Origin: Octopus vulgaris
Taxonomy: Eukaryota
Direction of reading: 5' to 3'
NCBI GenBank assembly: GCA_951406725.2
Contig: OX597814.1
Span: forward strand, 207,018,001 to 207,082,000
Length of the DNA: 64,000 nt
In this document: positions 51,917 through 63,940 of the stretch, piece by piece
How the letters are laid out: the number at the start of each line of letters is the position of its first letter
Numbering within the stretch: position 1 is the first letter of the stretch
The notes under the pieces: generated by a model
What the model was told of the DNA's origin: nothing
Databases searched by the model: none
What the model saw: only the letters and a program-made list of their open reading frames with translations
Translations under genes and position numbers: made by a program

Positions 51917-53022
51917 ATATAATAACAATATAATAAATAAATAAAATATATGCATATATACATACATATATGTGCATACTTACATCTACTTGTATATATA
52001 CAAGCATATATATATATATATATATGAGTACAGGACACCACAAATAAACATAGAACACAACGAGAAACGAAAATATAAAATCAAACAAGGAAACAGACTT
52101 TTTTTAACAACGAAAAAACAGAGTACAGGACAAACAATACAAGGAAAATTCCCTTTCATCAGCTGCCCATGGTTCGACTCAATGCGTGTTTCGAAGGTAA
52201 GGGCAGAACACGGCCAGGCTGAAGCAGTCCTTCCTGCAAAAGGAATTAAATAAAATTCTTTTGCAGAGGGGTAAACAAGTGACAAGAACAGGACGTAAAA
52301 GCAATACAAATGAAGAAAAAACAGTTCAAATAAGGAATAACAGGACAGGGAACCAACAAAACGGGCTATTTTAGGCCTAGACAGTGGAAAAATTAGTTAA
52401 AACGCATGTGAAAAATCGGCTTGCGAAAGACAGGGAGGTCGATCTATGCTTGTTGAAGGCATGGAGCTGAAAGAAACTTTTTAGTAGCGCTCTAGTCAAC
52501 GAACCAGAGAGAGGAGGAGGAGGAGAGAGAGAGAGGGGGAGGAAGAAACCAGAAAGGGTGAAAAATAAGAAGGAGAGAGACAAGTAGAGAGGAAGACAGA
52601 CAGGCAGGGAGGAAAGGTCAAGTAAAGAATTAAGAGTGCGCGTCATAATTATTCAAATAAAAACTTACTTGGAGGTCCTGTTCTTGTCACTTGTTTACCC
52701 CTCTGCAAAAGAATTTTATTTAATTCCTTTTTCCGGAAGGACTGCTTCAGCCTGGCCGTGTTCTGCCCTTACCTTCGAAACACGCATTGAGTCGAACCAT
52801 GGGCAGCTGATGAAAGGGAATTTTTCTTGTATTGTTTGTCCTGTACTCTGTTTTTCGTTGTTAAAAAAAGTCCGTTTCCTTGTTTGATTTTATATTTTCG
52901 TTTCTCGTTGTGTTCTACGTTTATTTGTGGTGTCCTGTACTTGTATATATACATGTAGATGTAAGTATGTACATATATGTATGTATATATGCATATATTT
53001 TATTTATTTATTATATTGTTAT
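51917..53022. repeat. Long inverted repeat (~350-380 bp arms, ~380 bp spacer)
   Basis: 51917-52294 is the near-identical reverse complement of 52675-53022. Confidence 0.9.
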
Positions 53023-53391
53023 ATATATATATATATATATATGATGTCCTGTTATTGTTATTTTATTATTATCATTGTTTCTACGTATTATTATTATTAT
53101 TATTATTGTTTTTACGTATCATTTTTGTATTATTCGTGTAAAATCGTCCGTTTTTACGTCCTTGTTTTGTATACATTCGAAGCTTTCTTCCAAGGAATCT
53201 AATGCGCTTAGCTTAGTTTTTCCTTAGGGCTGGCCAGATTGGAGCAATCTCAAGATTAATCAGCCGAAATTGCGAGGATGATCCGGTTCTTGACTGACAA
53301 TTGAAGGCTTCGAATGTCTCGTCCGTGTTTTTTGTTTCGTCTCCTAAATGTTTTGCGTTCTTGTCCCAGTTTGTATTTTTACACACATACA

Positions 53392-53440
<49 letters not shown>

Positions 53441-53660
53441 GCAGATTGTGGTGGTGTTGTTTTTTTTTTTTTGTCCAGACCAGTCGTTCTAGTTGGGTGC
53501 TTATAGCTTGTATGCTGGTGTAGAGTTTTGATAGTTGGGTATTTAGTTGTTTTTACGTATTTCTTCACTTATTCTTTCTTTTTTCCTTTAGCATTGCTTT
53601 TGGAATGAATACAACAGCAGCAGGAGCAGAAGCAGTATACTACTACCTTTACTACTAGAA

Positions 53661-53691
<31 letters not shown>

Positions 53692-54129
53692 GTTAGTTAA
53701 AATATGTGTGTGATGTATTTTAACATCTAAAGGCAAATTCATTGCAATTACCGTGGAGAAAAAGAAAATTTGTCGCTTATGGTAAAAGGTGTAAAAACAC
53801 CATATCTGCTCAATGTCTGCTTCCCTTAGCAGACTGCCAAGCGTGTTTCTGGCTCCTTAGACTTCCTCAGTAGGAGACACCAAGGAGAGGCAACTCTGGA
53901 TAAATTCCCAAGTCGTAGCTTCATCTTCAAATAGTGACCAATTGCGCTTACGCACCACCTGGGCAGAATAAATACAGTAGTATTGACGCTTATACCTTTA
54001 GCTATAAGTAGGGATTTCTCTCTATTCGTAACCGCAGTGAATTTTCCTTCAGAAGTCAAAATATGTTCCAGACATATTTTTATGAACGTAAAGTTTGCCT
54101 TTTCCTCATCATTGCTTAACGTTGATTCT

Positions 54130-54346
54130 TCAATAGAAATATATTTCTTTACTATCCACAAGGGGCTAAAAACAGAGGGGACAAACAAGGACAGACAAAC
54201 GGATTAAGTCGATTACATCGACTCCAGTGTGTAACTGGTACTTAATTTATCGACCTCGGCGTAATATGAACTCGGAACGTAACGGCAGACGAAATACGGC
54301 TATGCATTTCGCCCGGCGTGCTAACGGTTCTGCCAGCTCGCCGCCT
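54130..54346 (-). mobile_element. tRNA-derived SINE
   Basis: Minus-strand head GGCGGCGAGCTGGCAGAACCGTTAGCACGCCGGGCGAAATGC. Confidence 0.8.
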
Positions 54347-54539
54347 TTTAAAAATATTGTGCCTCATAGAGGTCAGCTGTCCTGCTGATGTGAATATCTC
54401 TTTAAAAACCAGAGAGAAATAATAACTATGGACAACTGCTTGGAAACCACCAGATTTTATATCTGGATTACAAATTTACACCAAGAATAATTGGCGCACG
54501 TGACTACCAAACAAATCCTAGGATGCAACTGAACAACCA

Positions 54540-54605
54540 TAAACCGGAAGTCACGTACTCTCGACCCTTTCCTGTCGACCGGCGACTGGGCTATTTATAA
54601 TGTCT
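54540..54605 (+). promoter_or_regulatory. Candidate Pol II promoter (ETS-like, E-box/CRE-like and TATA-like motifs)
   Basis: CCGGAAGT at 54544, TCACGT at 54551 and TATTTATAA at 54592 in locally CpG-rich non-repeat DNA. Confidence 0.4.
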
Positions 54606-54809
54606 GGCTTCTACCACTTTTTTTTTGCCGAGAGGGGTGTGCAGTTTCACTCTACAACAAAACATCAGTCAGAAAGAGTAGTGGCCCCCATTCAACAATT
54701 AAATATTTTATGTTGATAAAGTAGATCCCACCGAGATCAGAAGATTTACTGCCGAATATATTATGTATTTTATAGTTAAGGTATTCACTGCAAGATACAT
54801 TAAATATTT

Positions 54810-55101
54810 CAAGTTTTGGCACAAGGCCAGCAACGAGAGGAGTTTAATCGATTACACGTTGATTATGGGTGACTGGTACTTTATTTCACTGACCCCAAAA
54901 GGATGAAATGCAAAGTCATCCTCAGCATCATTTGAACTCAGAACGTGAGTGGCTGTGTGGTAAGAAGCTTGCTTACCAACCACACGGTTCCGGGTCCAGG
55001 CCCACTGCGTGGCACTTTGTGCAAGTGTCTTCTGCTATGGCCTGGGGCCGACTAAACCCTTCTGAGTGGATTTGCTAGATGGAAACTGAAAGAAGCCCGT
55101 C

Positions 55102-55102
<1 letters not shown>
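54810..55102. mobile_element. Two abutting SINE fragments (minus-strand Meta-like, plus-strand octopus-type head)
   Basis: GAGTGGCTGTGTGGTAAGAAGCTTGC..GAAAGAAGCCCGTCG from 54946. Confidence 0.7.
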
Positions 55103-55141
<39 letters not shown>

Positions 55142-55232
55142 TGGCTTGGCTTCGCGAAAAAATCTCAGGAAGGCTGTCCACGTCACGTGCATGCACGCTC
55201 ATGACTGACAAGTATCCAATTCCGTCTGAATC

Positions 55233-55670
55233 TTTATTATTATTGTTATTGTCTTTGCTCAGCTTCTAACGCTGGAGACATGCTACGGTGTCAGCTACTC
55301 ACTACCAGTAAACTAAGGTAACACCCCCTTATTTTTCGAGTACCATCCGGAGTATTCGAGCGGTTCTAAGCAGTGCTGTTTTTTGCAAGTGCTCCGCCCT
55401 TATTGCAGCCCCTATTTGTTCCATGTACTTCTCAAGATTTTTACTCTCTGTTCAATTATTGGTACTACTACCACCTTTTTCAGCGCTCACAACTGCTTAA
55501 CCTCCCAAGCTAACCCGTCATATCTATCGACTTTTCTTTCTTCTTTATAGCATACCTTGTTGTCAGCTGGGCAAGCTATATCTATGATCCAGCAACGTCT
55601 GATTTCTTTCTCAACGCTTTTCGTTTGCTTTCTTTCTCAATGAACACTATTATTATTATTATTATTATTA
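55233..55670 (-). mobile_element. R4/Dong-like 3' end between ATT repeats
   Basis: Minus-strand ..LQKTALLRTARILRMVLEK* C-terminus. Confidence 0.7.
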
Positions 55671-55808
55671 TATTTGAAAAAGGATTGACGTAACTCTTCT
55701 CAAAGGTAAACAGTCAAGGCGAAGAGCGCGATTCGATAGTAAGATATTTTATTAGTTGAACGATATTTCAAGAACATGGTTTCAGACACTGATTGATCGT
55801 GTCTTATC

Positions 55809-55809
<1 letters not shown>

Positions 55810-55860
<51 letters not shown>

Positions 55861-56100
55861 GTAACAACAACAACAATAATAATAATAAAATTATTGTATA
55901 CAGTACTCAGGTGCACCACAACTTGTCAAAAGTGCGTATAACGAATATGCAGTAATGTACAAATGTCTGGAAAGTGAACAGTGTATGACTCAGATACATG
56001 CTTGTGTGTGTATGGAGGGGAGAAAATCAGGTGTAGTGATGGCCAATCTCAAGAAGCATGGAAGTTTTGAATGATGCAGTGCTCCGACAACTAACAACTG
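55810..56100 (-). mobile_element. CR1-like LINE 3' end with microsatellite tail
   Basis: Matches 57980-58200. Confidence 0.7.
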
Positions 56101-56379
56101 AACGATATTTCAACAGTACATCTGTCTTTGTCAAGTTCAAAATAAGAGGTGAAAAAAATTCAAAATTACAGAAATTTAAACGTAAAGTATGAACGAGAGC
56201 AACCAGCGTCCACACGGTGATGGAATAACATCATCAGTTTTTAAGTTACGATTTTATAACAGGTGAAAAGAAAAAGACAGAAAAAAAACAGAAAAAAGAA
56301 GACGACAGAAAAAAGGAAAGAAAAGGAAAGAAAGAAGAATATCTAATCAAACAGTTTTGTATGAATTTGATGATATTCC

Positions 56380-56640
56380 CCTGTCATTTTATTCATTCCT
56401 CCAGGGCGTGATGTTAATAACCCACAAACATATTTCTCCTCATGCATTTTGAGAAGTGAAAGTGAAGCAGATTCAGAATATTTTCTGAGAATATGCACTT
56501 TCAAGTCTTCTTCATAATTGCAGCGAAATGTTCGGCAAATTCTGTCGAACTACTGTTATTGTGCCTGACGTCGAATCTGTGCCCATTAAACCTTTTGTTT
56601 AATTGTTCGAGATGACATTTATTTATTCGAAAATAAATGT
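56380..56640 (-). mobile_element. Penelope-like GIY-YIG remnant
   Basis: QLNKRFNGHRFDV..FAEHF. Confidence 0.5.
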
Positions 56641-57236
56641 CATCTACATTCGTAATATACTTTCCTGTAATTAGTGATATCATTTATCATTACCCAATTA
56701 ATATAGTAGAAATAATATTGACGGTTTTCAATCAAGACAATAACAATTGCTACAGTCATGACCCAAATTGCAAGAACATGGTTTCAGACGCAGATTGATC
56801 ATGTCTTATCTAAGACCGTTTTATTTGGAACCGTGTGCAAGTAGATTTAACAGAGTAGCAATGAGTTTGATCATTGCTACTAATTAAGTCTCAGTGATAA
56901 AAAGGAAGTCTGCAAAGCAACACATGCACTGGTGAATGTACGCTTTCAAATGAGGCTATTCATAACTCAGACTTACAATCTCACAAGTCACTAAGAACTT
57001 AGTCACGACTATACTTAACTGAGTAGTACTTAGCACAAACCACAGCGAACAGGTAGACGAGACAGGAACTCTATATGCATCACGCTTGAGATCACTCACT
57101 CCCACTAGGCTGGCGTGACTGACCAGGAAATGTTGCCTTTATAGCCATGCTGCTTGAAGTTTATTTTCATTAGGTTCATAGAAAAATGTTTCCAATTTCT
57201 GGGAGTGACATCACTGAACACAGTTATTTTCCCTCT

Positions 57237-57279
<43 letters not shown>

Positions 57280-57418
57280 TGTAAATTTATGCATAAAAAC
57301 TATAGGCAAAAAAAATCAAAGTCTTAAAAAATATATATTACCATTTACATCAAGGGCAGCAGAAGGCCGCAGGTTCCCCATCCCTGGCCTATACCACCTT
57401 TTTTCTGTTGTTATTCCA

Positions 57419-57483
<65 letters not shown>

Positions 57484-57949
57484 CGCCAATCTATCATATA
57501 TCCGAGAAACACACTCTAAAACTAAGGGTAGTAATGTATCTATATGTAGTTAAGTCTATGTCTGGTCATAAAGTGACCAATGGTTTCGCATCCACGAAGG
57601 GCTTAGCTCCGTAAACGTCTCATCAGATTCTGTAGCCGAAGACGAAAGTGAAGTTTTATTTGTAATGTGCAAAAAAGAAAGAAAGAAAGAAAGGAAGGAA
57701 GAAAAATATTCGATTTAATGAAAAACACGTGAACATAAAGGCAATAATTTTAAAGCCGAAAAAATACTTTGAGCTGTTGAGAAACGTAATTTGGTAAATT
57801 CAAAATTAAAATTTTGGAACATATTTCTTTCCTTTTTTTTGCGTAAAAGAAGACCAGTTTTCAATGCCTCATTGAGATAATGAAGAATGCAGGACTGCTA
57901 TGATGGCAAAGAATCTTTACTCTAAAATAATGAAGTTTACAAGTGACAA

Positions 57950-58490
57950 TATATAATAATAATAATAAATAATACATAATGAAATTATTGTATACAGTGC
58001 TCAGGTGCACCACAACTTGTCAAAAGTGTGTATAAAGCATCTGCAGTAATGTACAAATGTCTAGGAAGTGAACAGTGTATGAGTCAGATACATGCTTGTG
58101 TGTGTATGGAGGGGAGAAAATCAGGTGTAGTGTTGGCGAATCTCAGGAAGCATGGAAGTTTTGAAGGATGCAGTGCTCCGACAACTAACAACTGATGCCG
58201 GCAGTTTGTTCCATGCTTCAGCAACTCTTAGTGTGAAAAAATGTTTCCGAAAGTCATGGAAGGAGCTGTGCTGTTTTCTGACTTTATAAACATGTTAGAC
58301 AGGTGGGGTTTGAAAAGGTGCTCAGAGTTATTGTTTGGAAGATGGTTAATAATTTTATGGGTGTCTGCCGAGTCAGCTGCTAGACGTCGGGGTTTCAATG
58401 TATCCATGCCCAGGGAAGTAAGGCATTCAGAATATGGCAAATGCCTGATGGAGGGTATTCTCTTGGTTGCACGTCGCTGAACGGCTTCCA
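57950..58490 (-). mobile_element. CR1-clade LINE 3' fragment
   Basis: PYSECLTSLGMDTLKPRRLAAD and FFTLRVAEAWNKLP. Confidence 0.8.
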
Positions 58491-58496
58491 GACGAT

Positions 58497-59330
58497 ATGT
58501 TTGTGCGTGTGTCTGTAAATGCTTATGCCCGCGTGTGTGTGAATGTTTGTATGTACGTGAATGAGTGTGTGTGAGTGTGAATGTTTGTGCGTGTGTGTGT
58601 GTGTGTGAATGTTTGTGTGTGTGTGTGTGTGCGTGCGTGTGTGTATGCGTGTTTATGCATTATGTGTGCGCGTGTGTGTTAGTGCTTGTGTGTGTGCAAG
58701 AGTTTGTATGTATGTGGGTGAGTGGGTGGGTGTGAGTGTTTGTATGCATGTGTGTGTATGTAGGTGCTTGTGCATGTGTATGTGAGTGTTTGTATGTATG
58801 TGCGTGTGTGTGTGTTTGTATGTGTGCGTGAGTGTGTGTTTGCGTGTGTGTGTGTTTGTGCATGTATGTGTGCACATGTGAGTGTTAGTGCTTGTGTGTG
58901 TGAATGTTTGTATGTGTGTGTGTGAGTGTGTATGTTTGTGTGTGCATGTCTGTGTACGTGTTTGTTCATGTGTGTGCGCGTGTGTTTGTGAGTGTCTGAT
59001 GTATAGGTGCAACCTGCGTAGATCCATGTGGGTTAAAATTCTGATACGGTAGACATCCAGAGAAAAAAGTTGCTGTATGTGTGAGTTTTTGCGTGTGCGC
59101 GTGTGTGTAAATATGTGAGTGTGTGTGCATGTGTGTGTGAGTATTTGTATATATATATGTGTATGAACATGTGTGGGTGTGTGTGTGAGTTTGTGTGAGT
59201 GTTTGTGTGGGCGTGTGTGTGTGTAAGTTTGTGAGTGTGTGTTTGTGTGTGCATGGGTGTGTGTATTTGTGTGTTCGTGTGTGTGTACGTGTGTGCACGA
59301 GTGCATGTGCGTGTGTACCTTTATATTTGC
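58497..59330. repeat. Degenerate (TG)n low-complexity tract
   Basis: Direct inspection. Confidence 0.95.
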
Positions 59331-59437
59331 AAGTGGTCATTCGAAGGTCACTGCTCCATCATTCGTTGAAAGAAAGAATTTGAACTAAAGATTTATAAAA
59401 CTTGTTTCTTTTAATGTGATTCTTTATCTCTATAGAT

Positions 59438-59457
59438 TCACACACACATACACACAC

Positions 59458-59522
<65 letters not shown>
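59438..59522. repeat. (CA)n microsatellite
   Basis: Direct inspection. Confidence 0.95.
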
Positions 59523-59524
<2 letters not shown>

Positions 59525-59941
59525 TACATATATATATACATACATTTTCAGGAATCGTTATTGATGCCTGTATTGGGACTGATGTCCCTAAATAGAAAAA
59601 TCTCTAGCGACATTTTGGGGTTTGTAGCAAACTGTTATTGTTTGAATTGAATAAACTGATGTTTATAATGAATATTTTCCGGAATTTCTTGCAATTAAAA
59701 GTTTCTCAGAACCCATTTAATGGTAAATGAAGAATGAATACAACAAAAATCAATGGAGAAATGGAAACAACAAAACAAGATTTCCTGGGATATATCGACC
59801 AAAATATTTATGTATATTAATTAATTTACATTTTACTTTAAATAAATATTCTCCATTTCAAAAACTTACAAAATGAAGAAAATACATTATTCTTCATTAA
59901 TTTGACTTGTTCAATCTTTCTTTATTTACAGATAACCAAAT

Positions 59942-62165
59942 ATGGCTGCCATGCAGACGATAACAGCAGCGACCAGTTCTCTTATTCTTTCAGTCATTCT
60001 TATTGTCACACTGACATCACTAAACATCGATGCGAAGGAACTCGACAATGATTGTGAAATTCAAATTTCTCCCAATGTCAGTGAGATTTTATTTCGTTTA
60101 GTAAAATTAGAAAAAAAGATTTTCAATTTTGCAGTTCATTTATCTGATAAAAAATTTGATAACCTACTAAACCTTATACCTTTGGATTATTTTGCAAATG
60201 CGAGACATTTTACCTGGATTCCAGATGAACCAGATGGTTTAATAGCATATAAAAAGTTTTTCTATGATTTCTCAATTCACTCTTTTAATTTGTTAGATGT
60301 CTACATTGCTAATCCAAGGATTGATATCAATATACACTGTAGAAAACAAAATATCCAGAGACACGATTTAATATATTTGATTTTCGAGGAACTGAAAAAA
60401 ATCTTATTTATCGCTAAATTGCATAAAGGAAAATCTGGATACATGTGTTTTTATATAAATTTGTCTTATGATATGAAGAAGAACAACCCTAGCACCCTTG
60501 AAGCTTACAGAAGAATTGGTATAAACCGAGAGATACTGAAGAACTATTGCTGTGAGATCTATAAAAATAGAACCTATGTTTATCATCCCAAATCTATTTG
60601 TTCGGGGAAAATCATTGAAAATGCTATGTTTGTCAATTTTGAGAACATCGTTGGAGCCATTTTGTGGGCTATATTACCAGTAATTATTAGCTTTGTATCA
60701 AAAGCTAAATTACCTTCATATTCCCGTCAACTCAGTCTGCGACTGTTTGCTCAAGATGAATTCTTATTTACAACTAAAAACACATTGCCACACGAATCAG
60801 AGTGGATCAATGAAAGCAATAATATTTACACATTCTCTCATTTTCTGTCTTGGTTGTTTTGCTTTCACCATTCCACTATCTTAGCCTCAAGGCTGAGAAG
60901 ATTCCTTTGTATTCTATTCTCTCTTTCAGTAATTTTCCTGGATCTTTTGATGCATTACTTCTTTTTGTATGAAACGATAGAAATACTTTTCCAAGATGGT
61001 ATACCATTGGGACATCGCGCCTTAATATTAGGAATCCCAGAAAGTTATGAGAATACTGATGGCTTTTTTGGGGGTCCGTTTGCATGCTTAATCAGTTACG
61101 TATCTTTCAACTTTATCCTCTTCGTTCTTCCCAGTCGTTTAAGTGAGACTATCGCTTATAATACATTACATCAAAGATCCACTTGCACGTTTCTCATTCA
61201 AAATAAGAGATTATTAGAGAAGTATGGCAGTTTAAATGTTTCTACTCTACAGGATTATGATCTACTCTATGCAGTAATGAAAGCTAATATTTCTACTGCT
61301 TTAAACCCAAATTTCTGGATTTTAATAATTTATTCTTGGATTAATCGTATAAAGAAAACTTGGTTTTATTACGAAAAGAAAAATATTTTCTGCCAATTCA
61401 TATTACTTTGGTTTTTCGTTGCCATTACAATTCTATTTGTTGTATTTTCTATCTGCGAATTATTTCTGTGTCTCCTTTATTACGGAATCCCAACTGTTTA
61501 TTTGATATTAACTTTACCAGCAAGTTATTTTAGAGTTTATATTTTTCCCCCTGTATTTGAATCCTAACTATATTTTCAAGATTATTTCTGTAATTCTAAC
61601 TATTCTATCATTGCCGTTTTATCTATTATGGGGACTTTATTCAGTCTATATATTTCTTACAAGTTTTCAAGCCCTTTGCAACTATGTATTTTCAATAGGT
61701 ATTGCAGTTCTTGCTAAGCCTGGTACTATTGGTGATATATGGTTTGCTGTTATGTTTTTTGTCTATGGTACTGCAGTTATAAAAGCTATTCAGAAACAAT
61801 ATGACTCTATACTTGTTCAGTCTAGAAATTTAACCAAAACTATTCGCCCGAATTTAGTTCAGTCAAAATACGGAGAGGAATTCATAAATGCCAAACTGTT
61901 CAAGACGATTGTTAACCATCATTTTCCATTGAGATACGAGATTGGTAAATCCATCATAAAACTGTTTCTAATCGTATCTTTCTTCTTTGCTTGCAACAAC
62001 GTAATAAATCGAAATGACTTGGCCTTATCAGCATTCACAAGGATTACTTTGATATTGATGACGTCTACCATCCCTCAATTATTGTCAATAATCAATGCTA
62101 ACATTCATCTTGACAGTTCCCTTTTAGATAAAATTATTGAAACAATTAATGTGTTTAAAGAATGA
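59942..62165 (+). CDS. Uncharacterised multi-pass membrane protein (~740 aa if one base is removed at 61542-61551); frameshifted as given
   Basis: 541-aa ORF 59942-61567 overlaps 202-aa ORF 61557-62165 in the +1 frame; acceptor TTTATTTACAG| at 59931; N-terminal hydrophobic signal, Cys-containing ectodomain, many hydrophobic helices; AATAAA at 62166 and 62197. Confidence 0.85.
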
Positions 62166-62244
62166 AATAAATAACGAAGGATTTTTTTAATTAATCAATA
62201 AAAAATAAATAAATAATATTTTACTATTATTCTTTTTTTTTTTT

Positions 62245-62620
62245 TATTTGTTTCAGTCATTTGATTGCGGCCGTGCTTGAGCACCGCCTCTTAGACAAAG
62301 AAATCGACTTTGGGACTTATTCTTTGTAAGCCTGGTACTTCTTCTGTCTGTCTCTTTTACCGAACCACTAAGTAACGGGGACGTAAACACGCCAACATAG
62401 GTTACCAGGCCATAGTGGTGAGGGGACAAACAGAAACACATAAATATATACATATTCATATACGACAGGTTTCTTTCAGTTTCCGTCTACCAAATCCACT
62501 CATAAGGCTTTAGTCGGCCCGAGGCTACAGTAGAAGACACTTGCCCTAAGTGCGACACAGTGGGACTGAACCCGGAATTATGCGCACCGTTGGGAAGAAA
62601 GCTTCTTACCACACAGCCAA
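62245..62620 (-). mobile_element. tRNA-derived octopus-type SINE
   Basis: Same family as 4709-5084. Confidence 0.8.
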
Positions 62621-62699
62621 ACCTAGAAATTATTTCATCTTTTTTAAATACATTGTAAAATTTTAATAAAGCCGATGTCCATTGATATATATATATCTC

Positions 62700-63030
62700 T
62701 TTTTACTTTTACTCCGCCGGTTACGACGACGAGGGTCCCAGCTGATACGATCAACGGAACAGCTTGCTCGTGAAATTAACGTGCAAATGGCTGAGCATTC
62801 CACAGACACGTGTACCCTTAACGTAGTTCTCGGGGATAATCAGCATGACACAGAGAGTGACAAGGCTGACCCTTTGAAATACAAGTACAGCTCATTTTTG
62901 CCAGCTGAGTGGACTGGAGCAACATGAAATAAAGTGTCTTGCTCAAGGACACAACGCGTCGCCAGGAATCGAACTCACAACCTTACGATCATGAGCCGAA
63001 TGCCCTAACCACTAAGCCACGCGCCCTCAC
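62700..63030 (-). mobile_element. tRNA-derived SINE, well preserved
   Basis: Minus-strand GGCGCGTGGCTTAGTGGTTAGGGC..GAGTTCGATTCC head followed by a non-tRNA body. Confidence 0.8.
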
Positions 63031-63149
63031 TTATATATATATACAGAAACACAAAAAGCTTGACTGAAATATATGTAAAGTGTTACACATACCCAGCATC
63101 ATAAACATGTACATGCATATGTATGATACATATACATGCGTAAATATAC

Positions 63150-63217
<68 letters not shown>

Positions 63218-63464
63218 ATGTATACGACGCCATTCACCACAAGATATGTTCTCAGATCAAACTCAACACAAAAGTGTAGTTTGATCTGAGAACATATGTA
63301 TGTATGTATGCTTTCACGGCGCCGTTTTTACAATCCTTCTTTTTTAATATGCTAACCACTGGTCTTAATTGATAAATATCAATAATTAATTATATATATA
63401 TATATATATGTACATATGTATGTATGTAGCTTTCACGGCGCCGTTTTACAATCAGAGCTTATGT

Positions 63465-63662
63465 CGATCACCGTGCAATGACTAGGAAAATAGTCTAATA
63501 AAGGGGCATCTAAGCCCTCGACAGAAAAAAGAAGGCTTTCCTATCTGCGTGGGGGTCGAACCCATATCCCTACTCCCATGCCAATAGGAAAACCTTTTTT
63601 TCTGTCGAGAGCTTATATGTCCCTTTATTAGACTATTTTCCTTAGTCACTGCACGGTGATCG
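63465..63662. repeat. Inverted repeat with ~80 bp arms
   Basis: CGATCACCGTGCAATGACTAGGAAAATAGTCTAATAAAGG.. pairs with ..CCTTTATTAGACTATTTTCCTTAGTCACTGCACGGTGATCG. Confidence 0.85.
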
Positions 63663-63674
63663 TCATCGTCAATA

Positions 63675-63940
<266 letters not shown>

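Noticed and set aside
53175-53330. Hammerhead-like GGCTG..CAGCC-GAAA stem
   Set aside because: No CTGANGA core upstream, so it is not supportable.
53592-53690. Possible terminal exon of the macro-PARP gene after TTTTCCTTTAG
   Set aside because: Only an acceptor-like site; no recognisable coding motif, and it runs into (TAG)n repeats.
58653-59541. Long His/Thr-rich and Val/Cys-rich ORFs
   Set aside because: Translations of (CA)n/(TG)n low-complexity DNA.
62960-63030. tRNA gene candidates (also 8031-8100 and 5020-5084)
   Set aside because: A/B boxes are present but there is no complete cloverleaf or terminator, and they run into repeat bodies, so they are SINE heads.
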